DNA of 64,000 nucleotides from Amoebidium appalachense (GCA_963693365.1 CAVNZM010000013.1:3314722-3378721); one strand, 5' to 3'; shown: positions 19,532 through 33,434, counted from the first letter of the stretch. The notes: generated by a model from the sequence alone, not told the origin. Program-made: numbers and translations.

Positions 19532-20523
19532 AGAAAAAAGGGGGAAATAAGCCTCCTTTTCCTCCCCCCCCCCCTCTCTCCCCCCCATCTAACCAACATA
19601 ATTCAAGGGGCACACACACACATGCCCTCTGACCCCACTTGGGGCGAATGGAAAACACGAATATACAGTTGCATTTTGGATAATTGAATGTTGTCTCACA
19701 GGACCTGTCCATTCATACTAACATGCGGACACACACCACCACAAGTGCAAGGCGTCGCATATGCAAAACCGCGCCCAAACATGCGGGCAAACCTGCATGT
19801 ACATGTACACGCACGCGCACACGCACAGACAGACACACACGCGCACACGCACACACGCACGTATACACTTACACACACACGCACGCACGCACGCACGCAC
19901 ACACGCACGTACACAAACACACACGTACACGTACACGTACACGTACACACACACACACACGCATACACACGTACACACACGTACACACACGTACACACAC
20001 ACACGTACACACACAGCCCGCTTCAGCGCCTGCTTGCGTCCTGCAAGCGTCTGCACCAAAACGGCTCATGGAGTCGCCAAGCAGCCCTTCCCTCCACCCA
20101 CAACTATGTAGCTCTCCCATTGGATGACTAAACATAGCACCTACCATATATGGATGCAGTTCGCAAACATGAGTCGGTTTCAGTCGAATGAAATGGGGGG
20201 GGGGGGGGGGGGGTAGGTGGTTGTTGCTACTCACAGTAGGAATAGTTCGTGAGAAGAAGGCATCCGTGGCACACTTATGTGAATGTGCGGTCTGTGCAGT
20301 TTTTCAAACAGACGTGCCATCACTTTTTTCCTTTTTCGTTTCTTTTCTTTCTTTCGTTTTTTTCCCCCCGTTTTTTCTTTTCTTTTTCTTTTCTTTTTTT
20401 TTGGGGGGGGGGGGCTACTTTTACCGTAGCCAGTGCCTGTAGTGTGAGCGCACAGGGGTGGCATGGGGTTTGAAACGTTGGTAGAACGTATTGGGAAAAC
20501 ATCATGTCAGTGTTATTAATTTT

Positions 20524-20612
<89 letters not shown>

Positions 20613-21319
20613 GGGGGAGGGGGGAGGGGGGTGGTTTAAGTTTTATTACTTGTCATTGTACAAGTCGAATGCATGTGTGAGTCCTTTTTGCAGCCAACAA
20701 CCAGATCATGCTGCTCCACAAGTGAAACCGGAACTGACAGCGACGGCCGCAGTAAATTATTTTTTAATCTTTTTTTTAATGCAAAGATTGGCTATTGCTC
20801 TGAGTGTGGACGGTTTGTATTTGCTTTCCTTTTTTTCTTTTTTTCCTGTGACACGAATCTTGCGTGGATAAACCTTCGCAAATGTGAATTTTCCGCATGT
20901 CGATCAATGGTTTGACCTTTAAGCGTTGGGATCGACAACATCAGCATGCTATTACATTACAAGAAAATGAAACTTTAAGGCATTTTGGTGTCTTTCAAGT
21001 CGACCTTCGGAACCAGGCCCCCGGATGGCTGCACCCTTGCACGTGCCATGAAACCGTTCGTATCCCATTTAATTTTGCTCCGGCTAAACTAGTGCTGCTG
21101 CCAGGGAAATAAAGATTGGGGGGGGATTCCGAGGGGAAGAGAGGGAGGAAGGGGAGGGGGGGGGGGGGGGGGGGGGGGGGAGGGGGGGGGAGGAGGGGGA
21201 GAAGAGCCTCGGGGAGAGAGAAAGAGAGGCAGGGAGAGAGAGGGGGGCAGGGGGGGGGGGGGGGGGGGTGCACATGAGAGAGCTCTAGAAAGATCATGGT
21301 GGGTGGGTGTGTGTGCAAC

Positions 21320-21389
<70 letters not shown>

Positions 21390-21875
21390 ACACAGTACGT
21401 GTGTTCACAATTGTGTGTGTGTGCAGCCATGGGCCAAGGTGTGCTTGACAATGTGTGTCATGGTCATTTTTTAAATTTAAACGCCAAATCTGATTCATCG
21501 TAGTGGCACAGTGGTCACAGGAATAAGTAAGAATATCTTGCTATATAAAACAATAAAAAAAAGTATGAATATGGCGATAGGCTATTCAAGTCTAAGACGG
21601 TGGCACTGTAATGATCAGTGGGCAGTGGCCTTGCCTGGTGGGTTTTTCCCCTTTCTATCGGGGTACCGATGGATAGGTGGTGCCGCATACTATTAGCATA
21701 TGCCATGGCGCTCGGACCAAAGAAAGTAAAGTTTTTAATTTATTTTTATTGTGAAAAAGGCTTTTTTTTGGGAAAGAACAGGCACTGATCCGGTTTCCAC
21801 CAACTCAAAGCCAAAATAACCATAAATGGTTCGATTTCGAAAATCACCTCCGGAGGTGATTTCGAAAAGACGAGC

Positions 21876-21980
21876 GGCGTGTTTGGCACGACACAAGTTC
21901 GTATTCGAGATACCGGTATTGCGCGAAAAGACGAATACGATGAAAAGACGATATGATATAACAGCGCTGCCAAACACGCC
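21876..21980. mobile_element. ~105-bp MITE-like element with PIF/Harbinger (Tourist)-type TIRs
   Basis: Perfect 13-bp inverted repeat GGCGTGTTTGGCA (21876-21888) / TGCCAAACACGCC (21968-21980). The right end is followed by C-TTA, but the left TTA target duplication is missing. Confidence 0.5.
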
Positions 21981-22020
21981 CTTATTATTATTTTTTTGGG
22001 GTGGGGGGATATGGAGAGGG

Positions 22021-22058
<38 letters not shown>

Positions 22059-22896
22059 ATTATTCGATCAAATACTTTCGGAAATTGGCAAGAGAGTTGC
22101 ACGTGTACATTCGACAAAACCGCGTAACTACTGAGATGTCACGTTCGTTGGGGCAACGGAAGAGAACGCAAGAACTTTGGCTGAAATCACCATAGAGACT
22201 GACGCCGAGCGCGCCTTCGAGTCAGACTCTCTGCACTATTTGCAGACTAACGGAGCCGGCAAAATCTAAAGGTACTTTCATAAGGCGTATTCACGCTCTC
22301 ACTGGGCGATGTTGCAGGGCAGCACACAATTTAAAATTTATGGACACCACCACGCTTGGCCTGGTCACAGTGACCCCTAAGGGTGTGTGCCGAGGTGAGC
22401 CTCAGGCGGCACACCCACAGTGTGCACTGTGCACACACTCCAGATTCTGCACACTGTTATGTCAGCACAGACACCAATTATGATATATGTACCGTGACTG
22501 CCAGCCCGTGGCACATATCGCGCTGCCCGGGTACACAATCGCAAATGTTAAAGTTCTCAGAGTCTACACACATGCACATATGTTCGCAGCGGTCAACGAC
22601 ACACTTTTAAGCTGCCCGCAGTGACGTGTACAGCGTGCGCATGCACCCACACGTGAACATACACACCGTGGCACAGTACACACGCACGCACACACGCACA
22701 CATGTCGTGACACACATGTGTACACACACAGACACAGTCACACACAAACACAAACAAACACAAACACACACACACACACACTGACAGTGTTACACACATA
22801 CACAAGCACGCACATACATGCACACATACACATGTACACACACGCACGCGCGCGCCGCCGCACACACACTAGTGGTTCAACAAAGTGACCGTGACA

Positions 22897-22994
<98 letters not shown>

Positions 22995-23944
22995 CGCGCG
23001 CGCGCGCGTCGACGTCATGCACGCACGCACGCACACACGCACGCACCAACGCACGCACCCACCACACCCACACGGGTACACACATATGTAAACCCGCACA
23101 CTCACACACTGTGACATTGTGCACACACCCACCCACACACACACACGTGTGGCGCGCACACACAAAGTTCCGCACAGATTTTATGTACTGTGCAACTCAA
23201 TTCATGGCCCCGCGCCGGCATATGCATGTGGTCTCCATTTTTATTTTTGTTTTTGAATTCAACCTGACGGTCCGTGACATTGAGCCTCATTGAATCGGCT
23301 GTTAACTTGATGTTCATCCGGGCAACATTTAAAATACCATCTGCCTCCTAATATTTACGACTCATGATCATTTTTTTTAGTCTTTCTTTAACAATAAAGT
23401 TTCAGTTCAACCGAAGTTCGCGTTTCTTTTCAACTCCGGTAATTATTTCAACACCGCTTATACCTGCCATGATTTTGCTACTATTTACGTGTTTAATGAA
23501 TCATTTTTTCGCACTTCTGAACAATCATTTAGTTTAAGGATCGGATGGGACCACCAAAGTCTCGGCGACTTTCACTAGGTTCAAGTTAATAGAACACAGC
23601 TCGGTGACACGTATTATAGTATTCTCTGCGCATGCCATAAGACTCCACTAAACGTTAAGAATTACTACTAACGGTACGTGAAGATGTAAAACAGTCTCTC
23701 AATGTTTTAGTTTAGAATTTCATTCACTGAAGGTTAATTCGGGCTGAACCCTAGGCCTCACATGCACAACTGCTACTTTGCTTACATGCATCATCATCTT
23801 TCCCGTTTGTTCATCTATCATCCAATCAGGGTTCACAAAACCATACTACAAGTATGAGAGTCTAAGGCCGTAAACATCCCCGGCACCGTGTATGTACCGC
23901 AATAATTTGAAAACAGCGAACATTCTTGCCCAGGCCCAGTGTGT

Positions 23945-25147
23945 CTACTGGGTCACCTCCAGCATGGAGGTCTTATAGTTAGTGATGTCCATCAGCAACC
24001 ACGTGGCCAGGTCAAAATCGAAGTTTCCAGAAGTTTGAGCGTTAACGCTGTGTGCGGAGGTGCCTGACGCTGTGTAGCTGGAGGGAAGAGGGAAGAAGGC
24101 GGGCTCGGTGTGAGGGTAAGGGTATGCTGCGGCTCGCGGGGTTCGAACCGGGTACGTTGTTGCGTGTGTGTCCAGGTCCGGCCCATCGATATCGGTCCAC
24201 GCATCGGTAGGGCTGTAGCAAACTTTCATTGACTGGGGGCTAGCCAGAGAGCTGAATTCCTCAGCCACAATGGCTAGGGGCTGCTGTACAAACGGCACAC
24301 TCTGCCCAGGAAGGATGGGCGATGACATCACCGAGACAGAGGCGGGGCTAGGGGATCGTGCAATGTTAACCCCGGAAACGTTGGGGTGAAAAGGCTGGAA
24401 GTCCTCGTATATGGGCTCAGGGAGGCTGTGTGAGATCTGACGCTGGGGGAGACGCAGGTGTGGTGAGGGGAGCATAGATGCTATAGCTAGGCCCGAGTTG
24501 AGCGATGGTGCGGGCAGGTAGGAGGCGGTGCTGTATGCTGACATCGATCGTTGAAGCATGTGCGGTGATGTTGCAGCCGGAAGCTGCGGTAGGCTCTGGG
24601 ACCGACGTGGGGCGGGGGCCTTAGCGCGGGGGTTGGTTTTTGGGCCTGGACGAGACTTTGTTCCGGGCACACCCAGGGTAATATCTGTGCACGATGTCGA
24701 ACCGCTGACGCTCTTAACCCTTCTCCGTTGCGCCTTCTGGGTGATGTAAACGCCATTGTGCGTGAAGTTGTCTCTCATGCTCTCGGTGATGGTCCAGTGC
24801 TTCGTGCGCTGGTGGCGTCCATCTCTAGCGCGCGCCTCAATGCGCGTGAAGCATTTGTGATGACTGAGAGTATGGCGTATGCTGTTCTGCCAGCATGTCC
24901 AACTCTGGCCGTAGTAGGGGTATGTGCCGGAGATCCACTCGTAGATTTCGGTCAGGGTGCCGCGGCCATCAGGGCATGAGAGGATGGCCTTTGCGCAAAG
25001 TGTGGCGTAGTCGAACGGGGGCCTGCAGAGGGGGTCGCTGTGGTAGTTGCCTGCAAATTGGTCAAAACCGTGCAGGAGCCAAGAGGGAAGCTCAGGCGCC
25101 TCGGGGGTGGTGGGAGTGGGCGGGGTAGACTCTGCCATGTTTGACAT
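23945..25147 (-). CDS. Forkhead-box (winged helix) transcription factor, intronless, ~400 aa from the first ATG
   Basis: RPPFDYATLCAKAI...GTLTEIYEWISGTYPYY...WQNSIRHTLSHHKCFTRI...HWTI is a forkhead domain. It is followed by a Ser/Pro-rich tail and an acidic-hydrophobic C-terminus (FDFDLATWLLMDI). The subfamily cannot be assigned by eye. Confidence 0.93.
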   Translation of the reverse strand: MSNMAESTPPTPTTPEAPELPSWLLHGFDQFAGNYHSDPLCRPPFDYATLCAKAILSCPDGRGTLTEIYEWISGTYPYYGQSWTCWQNSIRHTLSHHKCFTRIEARARDGRHQRTKHWTITESMRDNFTHNGVYITQKAQRRRVKSVSGSTSCTDITLGVPGTKSRPGPKTNPRAKAPAPRRSQSLPQLPAATSPHMLQRSMSAYSTASYLPAPSLNSGLAIASMLPSPHLRLPQRQISHSLPEPIYEDFQPFHPNVSGVNIARSPSPASVSVMSSPILPGQSVPFVQQPLAIVAEEFSSLASPQSMKVCYSPTDAWTDIDGPDLDTHATTYPVRTPRAAAYPYPHTEPAFFPLPSSYTASGTSAHSVNAQTSGNFDFDLATWLLMDITNYKTSMLEVTQ

Positions 25148-25362
25148 TTTCGTCGGTGTGGAGATGTGCGTACGTGTGAGCGCTAACTCGGTGCTTTCAG
25201 ACTCTTTTACGGAATGCGAAAAACTCGAATGTACAGCAATTATTTGGCTCAGTAAGTACCTCAATGGTACCAAAAAAAACCTCGTGCGCAGAAAATGCTT
25301 TTTTCGCACGGCGGTGCGAAAAATTTAATTGTTGGTTCTTCACCATGTGCGTGGGTGGTGTC

Positions 25363-25370
25363 TTTATATA
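25363..25370 (-). promoter_or_regulatory. TATA box (TATATAAA) of the forkhead gene
   Basis: Consensus TATA about 215 bp upstream of the ATG, with a CCAAT on the same strand further upstream (~25487-25491). Confidence 0.5.
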
Positions 25371-27947
25371 GGCCGCAGGCAGCCAGCTGCGGCGGTTCAG
25401 ACTGGCGCATGACAGGAGTCCAATCATATGTCAGCTTGTATCGAGTGTGCGAAAGGCGCACGGCCCTGACCACAGGGTGTGCAATTATTGGCCTGCGCAG
25501 TGCCTCACGGGCACCATTCATCAGTTTCAAGTATCTGCCCACTGTGAACTTGTCCTTAGTAGTGCCACTATGTAGACGAGGTATTGTTGAATCAACCTAA
25601 TTGAGTTAAGATCCCTTTTTGCGATTGTAGGGTTATTTTTATGGCCCCTGATATTGTTCTCAGTTCCCCAAGTGCTCCTCGTATACATATTGAGCCGCGC
25701 TGTCACTTTGAAGTTGTGCCCCTGGCGGCCAGATGCATTCCACAGAAAACCTCAGAATCTTGACACATTGCCTGTAGGACAATGTAAGCATATGAGCACT
25801 ATTATATGATCGTTCAGCAAAAAAGTGCACTTTTCCACCTGTTGTATCTAATAGTTTGTGCCAAAACGTTTAATTTATGTTTTGGCACAAAGAAACACGC
25901 GAAAGTGCGAGTGGCCTGCAGCTGCCACACAACGTCAGCAGGGCTGCAGGGGATTTATGCCGTGCATTCCAGGCTCAGGCATCGTCCAATGGCAACTAAA
26001 GACATCACATTCCTAGCAATGGCAACAACGGCGGGTGCGCTCGCTCTCGTACACACATTCTTCACCACATATTCGTGATGAAAATGATTCCCGCGGGCTC
26101 TGCCACATCGAGCCGTCTTGATGGCATATTAAATTTTACACATAATCCTACTTTTTTATTGTATATACGTCCACTTTTCACCTGGCATTTCTGTGCACGT
26201 AAAACAGATGTATATTGCTTTGTGTACTGTACCACGATGCCTAGCTAAATCCCCTGATTCTGTTGTAGACTGTACACATGTAAACACACACAGCCTACCT
26301 AAAAATCAAGTTGATTTATTGGGAAGCTGACATCATTGGCAAAGCGATGATGGCAATGGCAAATTGTGATCTGGTATATATATTGTTTTATTTCATGATA
26401 TCGATATCTCATCTAATACTTTGGGGAGTTCCGGAGAGCTCAAACCGAGCAGTGCACTACGGCATTGCGAACAATGCCATATGCATTTGGCCTGATGTTT
26501 TTGCGACAAACAGAGGAACCGAGATTAGAATTCATATGCATTTCAAAATGAGCCAAAAGCAATAATTCATGACATGTGGATAGGTTTTATTGGCCGCTTT
26601 TACATTCCGTGGTGTCTCAAACCAATCAAATTGACTGCGCTAACTACCAATTAGGTTCGATATTGGCATGTGCGCTGACAGTCCGGGAGCCTTGGCCTTG
26701 CTATCCGATTTTTGACGGCCGAACATTTATGCAATGCTGTGCGTAAAACAGAACTAGAAGCATGGGAAGCGAGCAGCACTATATTATTCTCCTAGATTTC
26801 AGTTTGCAAAGGTGAGCCATTTCAATCGTTTGTGGTAGCTTTGTAAGTTCATTGAGCCCAGATATCGAATAGGAGGGATTTAAAAGACCAATCATCATTG
26901 AGCCCTGCACTTGTTCAAGAAAGCAACTGCGGGTGACTCGCCGGACATGTACATTAGTACCGTGTGCTGAGCTGTGTTACAGTGTGTACAGAGTACATAC
27001 TGTACGCATGCATAGAATGATCTTTTTCATAAGTTCTACCACGCGTTAAGGGCAAATTTTAATATAGCTAGGCTGGGCAGGCTTTCAACCGTTTCGAGGG
27101 GCTGTTTTTTTCGAAATTGAGCATATCATTAGGCCTGTTCAAATGGGAATGATCTAGATCAACTCCGAGTGTAGATCATTCTCATCGATATCTCAGAGCC
27201 GCTCACTGAGGATGCATTCTTTCACCCCGTCCGGAATTTAGTCAAGAATGCCTTGGAACCGTTCTTTTGTGTCTTACGCTTGTACCTTGATCGTCAGATG
27301 ATTAGTACACGTACGCGTGAAATCAAATAATAATATTCAGAATCTGGTGCGCAGACGTGTGGGGTCTATCGACATCTGCCACTAGTACTCCCTGGCTTGC
27401 AATAACGGTGTTTGTACGGCAGTTGAACTCGTGTGACATTAATGCAATTGTAACAGCAAGGTGCTTGAGTCGATATGCATGTGCACGCTTAGGCTGTGAT
27501 GCTAATTAGAAAGTTTGGTAGGTCCGTCACCGTAACAAATCGGCAACTCCGGCAATTTATCGGTGTCTGGCTCGGGAGACGTGTCACATGATACTATCTA
27601 TCATCACGAGGCAGAGTCGCTCGGAATGCAATCGTCGACGTCAACTCTCCAAAGTGCCACTTGCAATTGCTACCGTAGCTGCTAAATACAGCTGTTTTGC
27701 ATACTATGATATACTAACATGGTTGTATGTATACATGTACATAGTACTGATGAATACTCGGGTGCACGCGTGGCACCCAAAAGGCCTCAATGACATGCGT
27801 ATTATGCGTCAGTACTAGGGAGTAGTAGTTTCCGTACATACGTATATATATACTATATACGAGGGCTTGTACACATGAACGTGGCAAGCTGATATGTACC
27901 GTGATATGATATATTGTGTGTGTGTGTGTGTGTGTGTGCACGTGTGT

Positions 27948-28113
<166 letters not shown>

Positions 28114-29435
28114 ACATAATTCATGCATGAATATTATTAATAAATAGAACGTTATTACATATGCATGTCTCATGACCATATGGCCATGGTACCGGTCAAC
28201 ATGTGTGCATGTAAACACAGACATACACGACCCACCGCAAGCCGACCTATTATCATAACGACTCAGTAACCTAGATGCTCATTAGCTGAGTGCTAGCTCT
28301 AGCTAGGCCTGCATATGCATGGATATGGCAACTCATTATATAATGTCACGGTACTGTAGCTACTACTGTAGCACATGCTGCTAGTAGGCTAAGCTTATCA
28401 TTATCATTATCATAAGTTGCCTGTCACCGTGCAGTGCCACTGGCACGTGCACGTGCTGCACTGGGGAATCAGCCGAGGCCGATGTCTCCCTGCCGATAAC
28501 ACGGGCATATACGTATCAAGGCAGGCATACAGGTGAGTACCGCAGGCCCCCTCAGACGAAAGTGACGGCAAGCTGTTGTACATGTTATGGCATTGATATG
28601 CCGTGTGCGCTAACACGTGGTCCCGCGTGCGCCTGGAGCCACTGCAGCTGGCCCTCGCTGGCGGACGGCCTCCGGAGATGCACACAACGGACCGGAGTGT
28701 CGACATAGAACTACCGAATTCGACATATTGGTGTAATATTTTACTAGGCTACACCCACGCATTCCCCCATACTGGCCGTGACCCCTCGAACATACGCGCG
28801 ATTCCATATATTAGTCGGTATGTATACGCGCACACGTGTACACGCACAGTCACCGTGGCTAACACACTGATTAGCCTATAGTATACGCTATTGATTTTCG
28901 GATACAATAAGGCTTGTGTGACCATCGAAAACCTCACTTCACCGATTACCGTGTACCATTGATCACAGTGTCCACTATAACATATAGCCATACACCGGCT
29001 CGAACCAGTTCGCGTATAGCTACTTGGGACGCCTAAGGCAGGGACTAAGTCCGCTGGTGTGTATTTTTACATTCTAGACCAACACTTAGCTAATGAACGA
29101 GTGGTGATGCGCTCCTTAGGTCACCGTTCATTTTGGTGTAACTAACGTTGGCAGAGCACCCTTGTAAGCTCACTGGTTCTATTCACACTGCCTGTACACG
29201 GTTTATACATTTACCTAACTATAAATACATGGTATACAAGCCCGAGTATTATTATTAAACTACCACTCCGCGTCATCTACTTCCCCATCTACAACATACA
29301 CACGCGCGCGCGGTGGCACACACACTTCGTGTTACAGACTGTGACCCCCCCCCCCCCCCCCCCCCCCCACACACACACACATGTACGTATTACATGCACA
29401 CACACACGCTCGCGCGCGCGCACATGTGTGTGTGT

Positions 29436-29512
<77 letters not shown>

Positions 29513-29529
29513 CACACACACACATGTAA

Positions 29530-29645
<116 letters not shown>

Positions 29646-30151
29646 ACACACACACACACACACACAAAGTGTAGGCTACGTGATGTAGCCGCGGCATGGA
29701 ATGATGCTGTAGTATTACCACAAGTTGGGAAATTGTTGCTATCTATGCATGCGACTATCTAAATTGTTACTATGCATGCGACTATCTTAAGAGTAGAGGC
29801 CACACCGTGTGATGTACACATAATCAACGGAGAAAAATAATATTTATTCGATATTTGAAGTGATCATGATACAAATTGACCCACGCAACTGGGTAACTGG
29901 CGGTACAATCAAACATTCAGTGAACAATAAACATAGAGATCGAGATTGACTGTCCCACTGCAAGTAAATATCGTCAGTACACACACATATACACACACCG
30001 TGACATGGACGGACGGGGGCCGGGGTCCCTGGAAGATGAGGGGAGAGAGAGGCGAAGTCTTGAGGGGCGGGAGGGGGGGGGGGGGAGGGGGGGGGGGGGG
30101 GGGAGGGAGGGGGGGCGAGAGAGAAAGTGCGCGCCGCGCTCAGGGGGAGGG

Positions 30152-30508
30152 CCCAACCACATCGGCTGAGTGAACTTGCTCCGAGCAGAATTATTCTGCA
30201 AAAAGCAGAAATATTCTGCAAAAAGCAGTAAAAGCTAAAAGGCAGAATTATTCTGCTTAAGGCAGAATTATTCTGCTGTCGAAGGCAGAATAATTCTGCT
30301 TTTTGCAGAATAATTCTGCCTTTAGCAGAATATATTAAGAGCAGAGTGGTCATGCTTTTGCGGAACAACCCTGCTAAAAGTAGAATACTATTGAATCTGC
30401 TAAAAGGAGAGTGATTCTGCTTTTGCAGAATAATTCTGCTTTTTGCAGAATAATTCCGCTTTTGACGAATAATTCCTTTCTCAAGTTGGCTCTGCCGATG
30501 TGGTTGGG
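30152..30508. mobile_element. 357-bp foldback/MITE element with ~28-bp TIRs and internal palindromic subrepeats (Mutator-like?)
   Basis: Left CCCAACCACATCGGCTGAGTGAACTTG pairs with right CAAGTTGGCTCTGCCGATGTGGTTGGG. The interior has about 8 near-perfect GCAGAAWWWTTCTGC units at ~20-bp spacing. Flanks AGGGGGAGGG / AGGGGGGAGG resemble a ~10-bp target duplication. Confidence 0.78.
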
Positions 30509-30661
30509 AGGGGGGAGGGGGGGGGGGGGGGGGGGGGAAGAGAGAGGGGGGGGGGAGGAGGAGAGGGAGAGGGAGGGATGGAGGGTGAGAGATGGATGGG
30601 GGGGGAGGGGGGGAGGGAGAAAGAGAGGGAGAGGGAGGGAGGGAGAGAGAAAAAGGGAGAG

Positions 30662-30692
<31 letters not shown>

Positions 30693-30734
30693 CACTTAGT
30701 CTATATACATAGAGAGAGTGTGTGTGTGTGTCTC

Positions 30735-30817
<83 letters not shown>

Positions 30818-31095
30818 CAGAGAGCCTGAGAGAGAGGGAAAGAAGGAGGAGAGAGAGACTGAGCCTCGGGGAAAGAGAAAATGGAACACAGAGAAAGACA
30901 GAGACCCTGAAGAGGTGGGGTGGAGGGTGTGTGTGTGTTGGGGGGGGGGGAGGGGGGGGGGGGAGGGAGGGGGGGGGGGGGGGGGGGTGGGGGGGGGGGG
31001 GGCTGGGGACTGAGAGAGAGCAGAGAAAGCTCGAGATTCTCAGAACGGTGTGTGTATGCATATTTTTGTCATGGTGTGTCAGCATGTGTCCCACA

Positions 31096-31254
<159 letters not shown>

Positions 31255-31295
31255 TTTGTGTTAGTATTGATGCGTGTCCAAGTGATATTGTTTAC

Positions 31296-31365
<70 letters not shown>

Positions 31366-31367
31366 CA

Positions 31368-31407
<40 letters not shown>

Positions 31408-31530
31408 GACGGATCCATGCTAAACCTAAAGCTTGTCACTGTGTATAGTATTGCCTGATGACATAAGTGTATCATAGTACAAGGCTGTCATTTCCAAGTA
31501 TGTATGTACCGTATGTGTGATGTAATATTA

Positions 31531-31660
31531 CAGGGGTCATTCAGGATTAAGATCATGATTCACATATAAAGCTATACGTCGTAACAAGTAGTACTAAATT
31601 TTTTTGGAAAAAAAAAAATAAGATTCTAGGGGCTACGAGGCTGGGGGAAAAATAAGATAA

Positions 31661-31698
<38 letters not shown>

Positions 31699-31884
31699 GC
31701 CTCGGGGGATCGGGCGGATTCGGGGGGGGGGGGGGGGGGGGAGACTTTGGGTTCCCTATTATAATGAGTCTAGTCTAGCATTATTATTATTATTAATATT
31801 AGGCTGTGCACAAGAAAAGCCCTTCTGTGCAGCAGATCATATTTCTTTTCTGATTAGCTTCGTTACCAATCAACAGACCGAAAA

Positions 31885-31926
<42 letters not shown>

Positions 31927-32802
31927 TGACGTGTTTGTGTGTGCAACCGGCTAAGAAAGTCCGAGTTAGTGTAACGGTTTACATTAACGGGCCACGGTGC
32001 CCGGACAGGGACTCCCCGGCTCTACTAGTATGCATCTTTCTGTGTGCATGTATCTGTGTGTACAGTTGGTTTTTGTGTTCGTTTGTCACTGTATATGTTT
32101 GTGTGTTTGGTGTGTGACCCACGATGTGTGTGTGCCGCGGCTCGCATGTGGGTCACAAGGTGTGTGTATGTGTGTCTGCGGCCGGGTCACGGTGCACGGT
32201 GTGTGTGTGGCCCCCCTTCCCCCGCAAGTCTGTGGGTCCTTTTTTTGGGCTGCGGGGTTTTTTTGGGGGGAGGGGTGTTGGGGGGGGGGGGGGGGGGGGG
32301 GGGGATGAGGAGGGGAGGAGGGCTGTTCAAAAATGTGTGCATATGTCTGTGTGTGCATTTGGATTTTGTGATCGTTTGTCAGTGGGTGTGTGTGTGTGTG
32401 TGTGCACGTGTGTATATCACAACGTGTGTGTTTGTGTGTGTGTGTCCGAATGACGGTGCACGGTGTGTGTGCGTACCCCTGCCCTCCCCCCTCCTCCCCT
32501 CCCCCCTCTTCCCGTCCCCGCCCCCCCCCCCCCCCCCCCCCCCTCCCCCGTCATTTGGGTACTGTTTATGGGCGGGGAGTCTCTCTTTTTTCTTTTTCTT
32601 TTTTTCTTTTTCTTTTTTTTTTTTTTGGTGGTGGTGGTGGTGGTGGTGGGGGGGGGGGGTGTTCGAAAATGTGTGCATATGTCGTGTGAACATTTGGATT
32701 TTGTGCTCGCTTGTCACTCTTGTGTTTTTGTGTGTGTTTTGTTTTTGTGTGTGTGTGTTTGTGTGTGTGTCCGTGTGACGGTGCACGATGTGTATGTGCG
32801 TC

Positions 32803-32847
<45 letters not shown>

Positions 32848-32922
32848 ACCTTCCCCCCCTGTCCTGTGAGTCCCTTTTACGGGCGAGGTGGTTTTTTTTT
32901 TTTTTTTTTCCAAAGGGGGGGT

Positions 32923-32958
<36 letters not shown>

Positions 32959-33133
32959 GTGTGTGTGCGAAAATGTGTGCATATGTCTGGGTGTTCATAT
33001 GGATTTTGTGCTCGTTTGCCACTCAGTCTGGGTGTGTTTGTGTGTGTGGCGTGTGTGTGTGTGCACGTGTGTATCACAATGTAAATGTGTGTGTGTCTCC
33101 GTTTCTTCGTGTCACGGTGCACGGTGTGTGTGT

Positions 33134-33174
<41 letters not shown>

Positions 33175-33292
33175 AAAAAAATAAAAAATAAATAAATAAA
33201 CAAATAAAAAAAAGCTCCCGCGGCCCAGAAGAAGGACCCACAGGGCCGGGGTGGGCGTGCAGGGCAAGCAGGCGGGCGGGCGGGCGGGCGGG

Positions 33293-33345
<53 letters not shown>

Positions 33346-33434
33346 AATAAGATAATGAACCCTATGGTCGAGAAGCCTTAAGATTTTAGCCCTAAACCGT
33401 ATTTACCTGTTGTCTTAAAAGTGAGTGACCCCTG
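31531..33434. mobile_element. ~1.9-kb non-autonomous hAT-like element carrying a compound tandem array
   Basis: Left end CAGGGGTCATTCAGGATTAAGA versus reverse complement of the right end CAGGGGTCACTCACTTTTAAGA (18/22). CAGGGGT is a hAT-type terminus. The 8-bp flanks TAATATTA / TAGTAACA match only 5/8. Confidence 0.6.
32030..33140. repeat. About 4 degenerate tandem units of ~300-335 bp
   Basis: Anchor aaaatgtgtgcatatgtc recurs at ~32330, 32666 and 32970. Anchor acggtgcacg recurs at ~32189, 32453, 32778 and 33114. Confidence 0.8.

Noticed and set aside
25148-25309. Longer N-terminus of the forkhead ORF as given in the ORF track (likewise the extensions on the YdeI and protease ORFs)
   Set aside because: The forkhead and YdeI extensions begin at non-ATG codons. 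The protease extension precedes the signal peptide and spans a TATA-like element. Downstream ATGs fit better.
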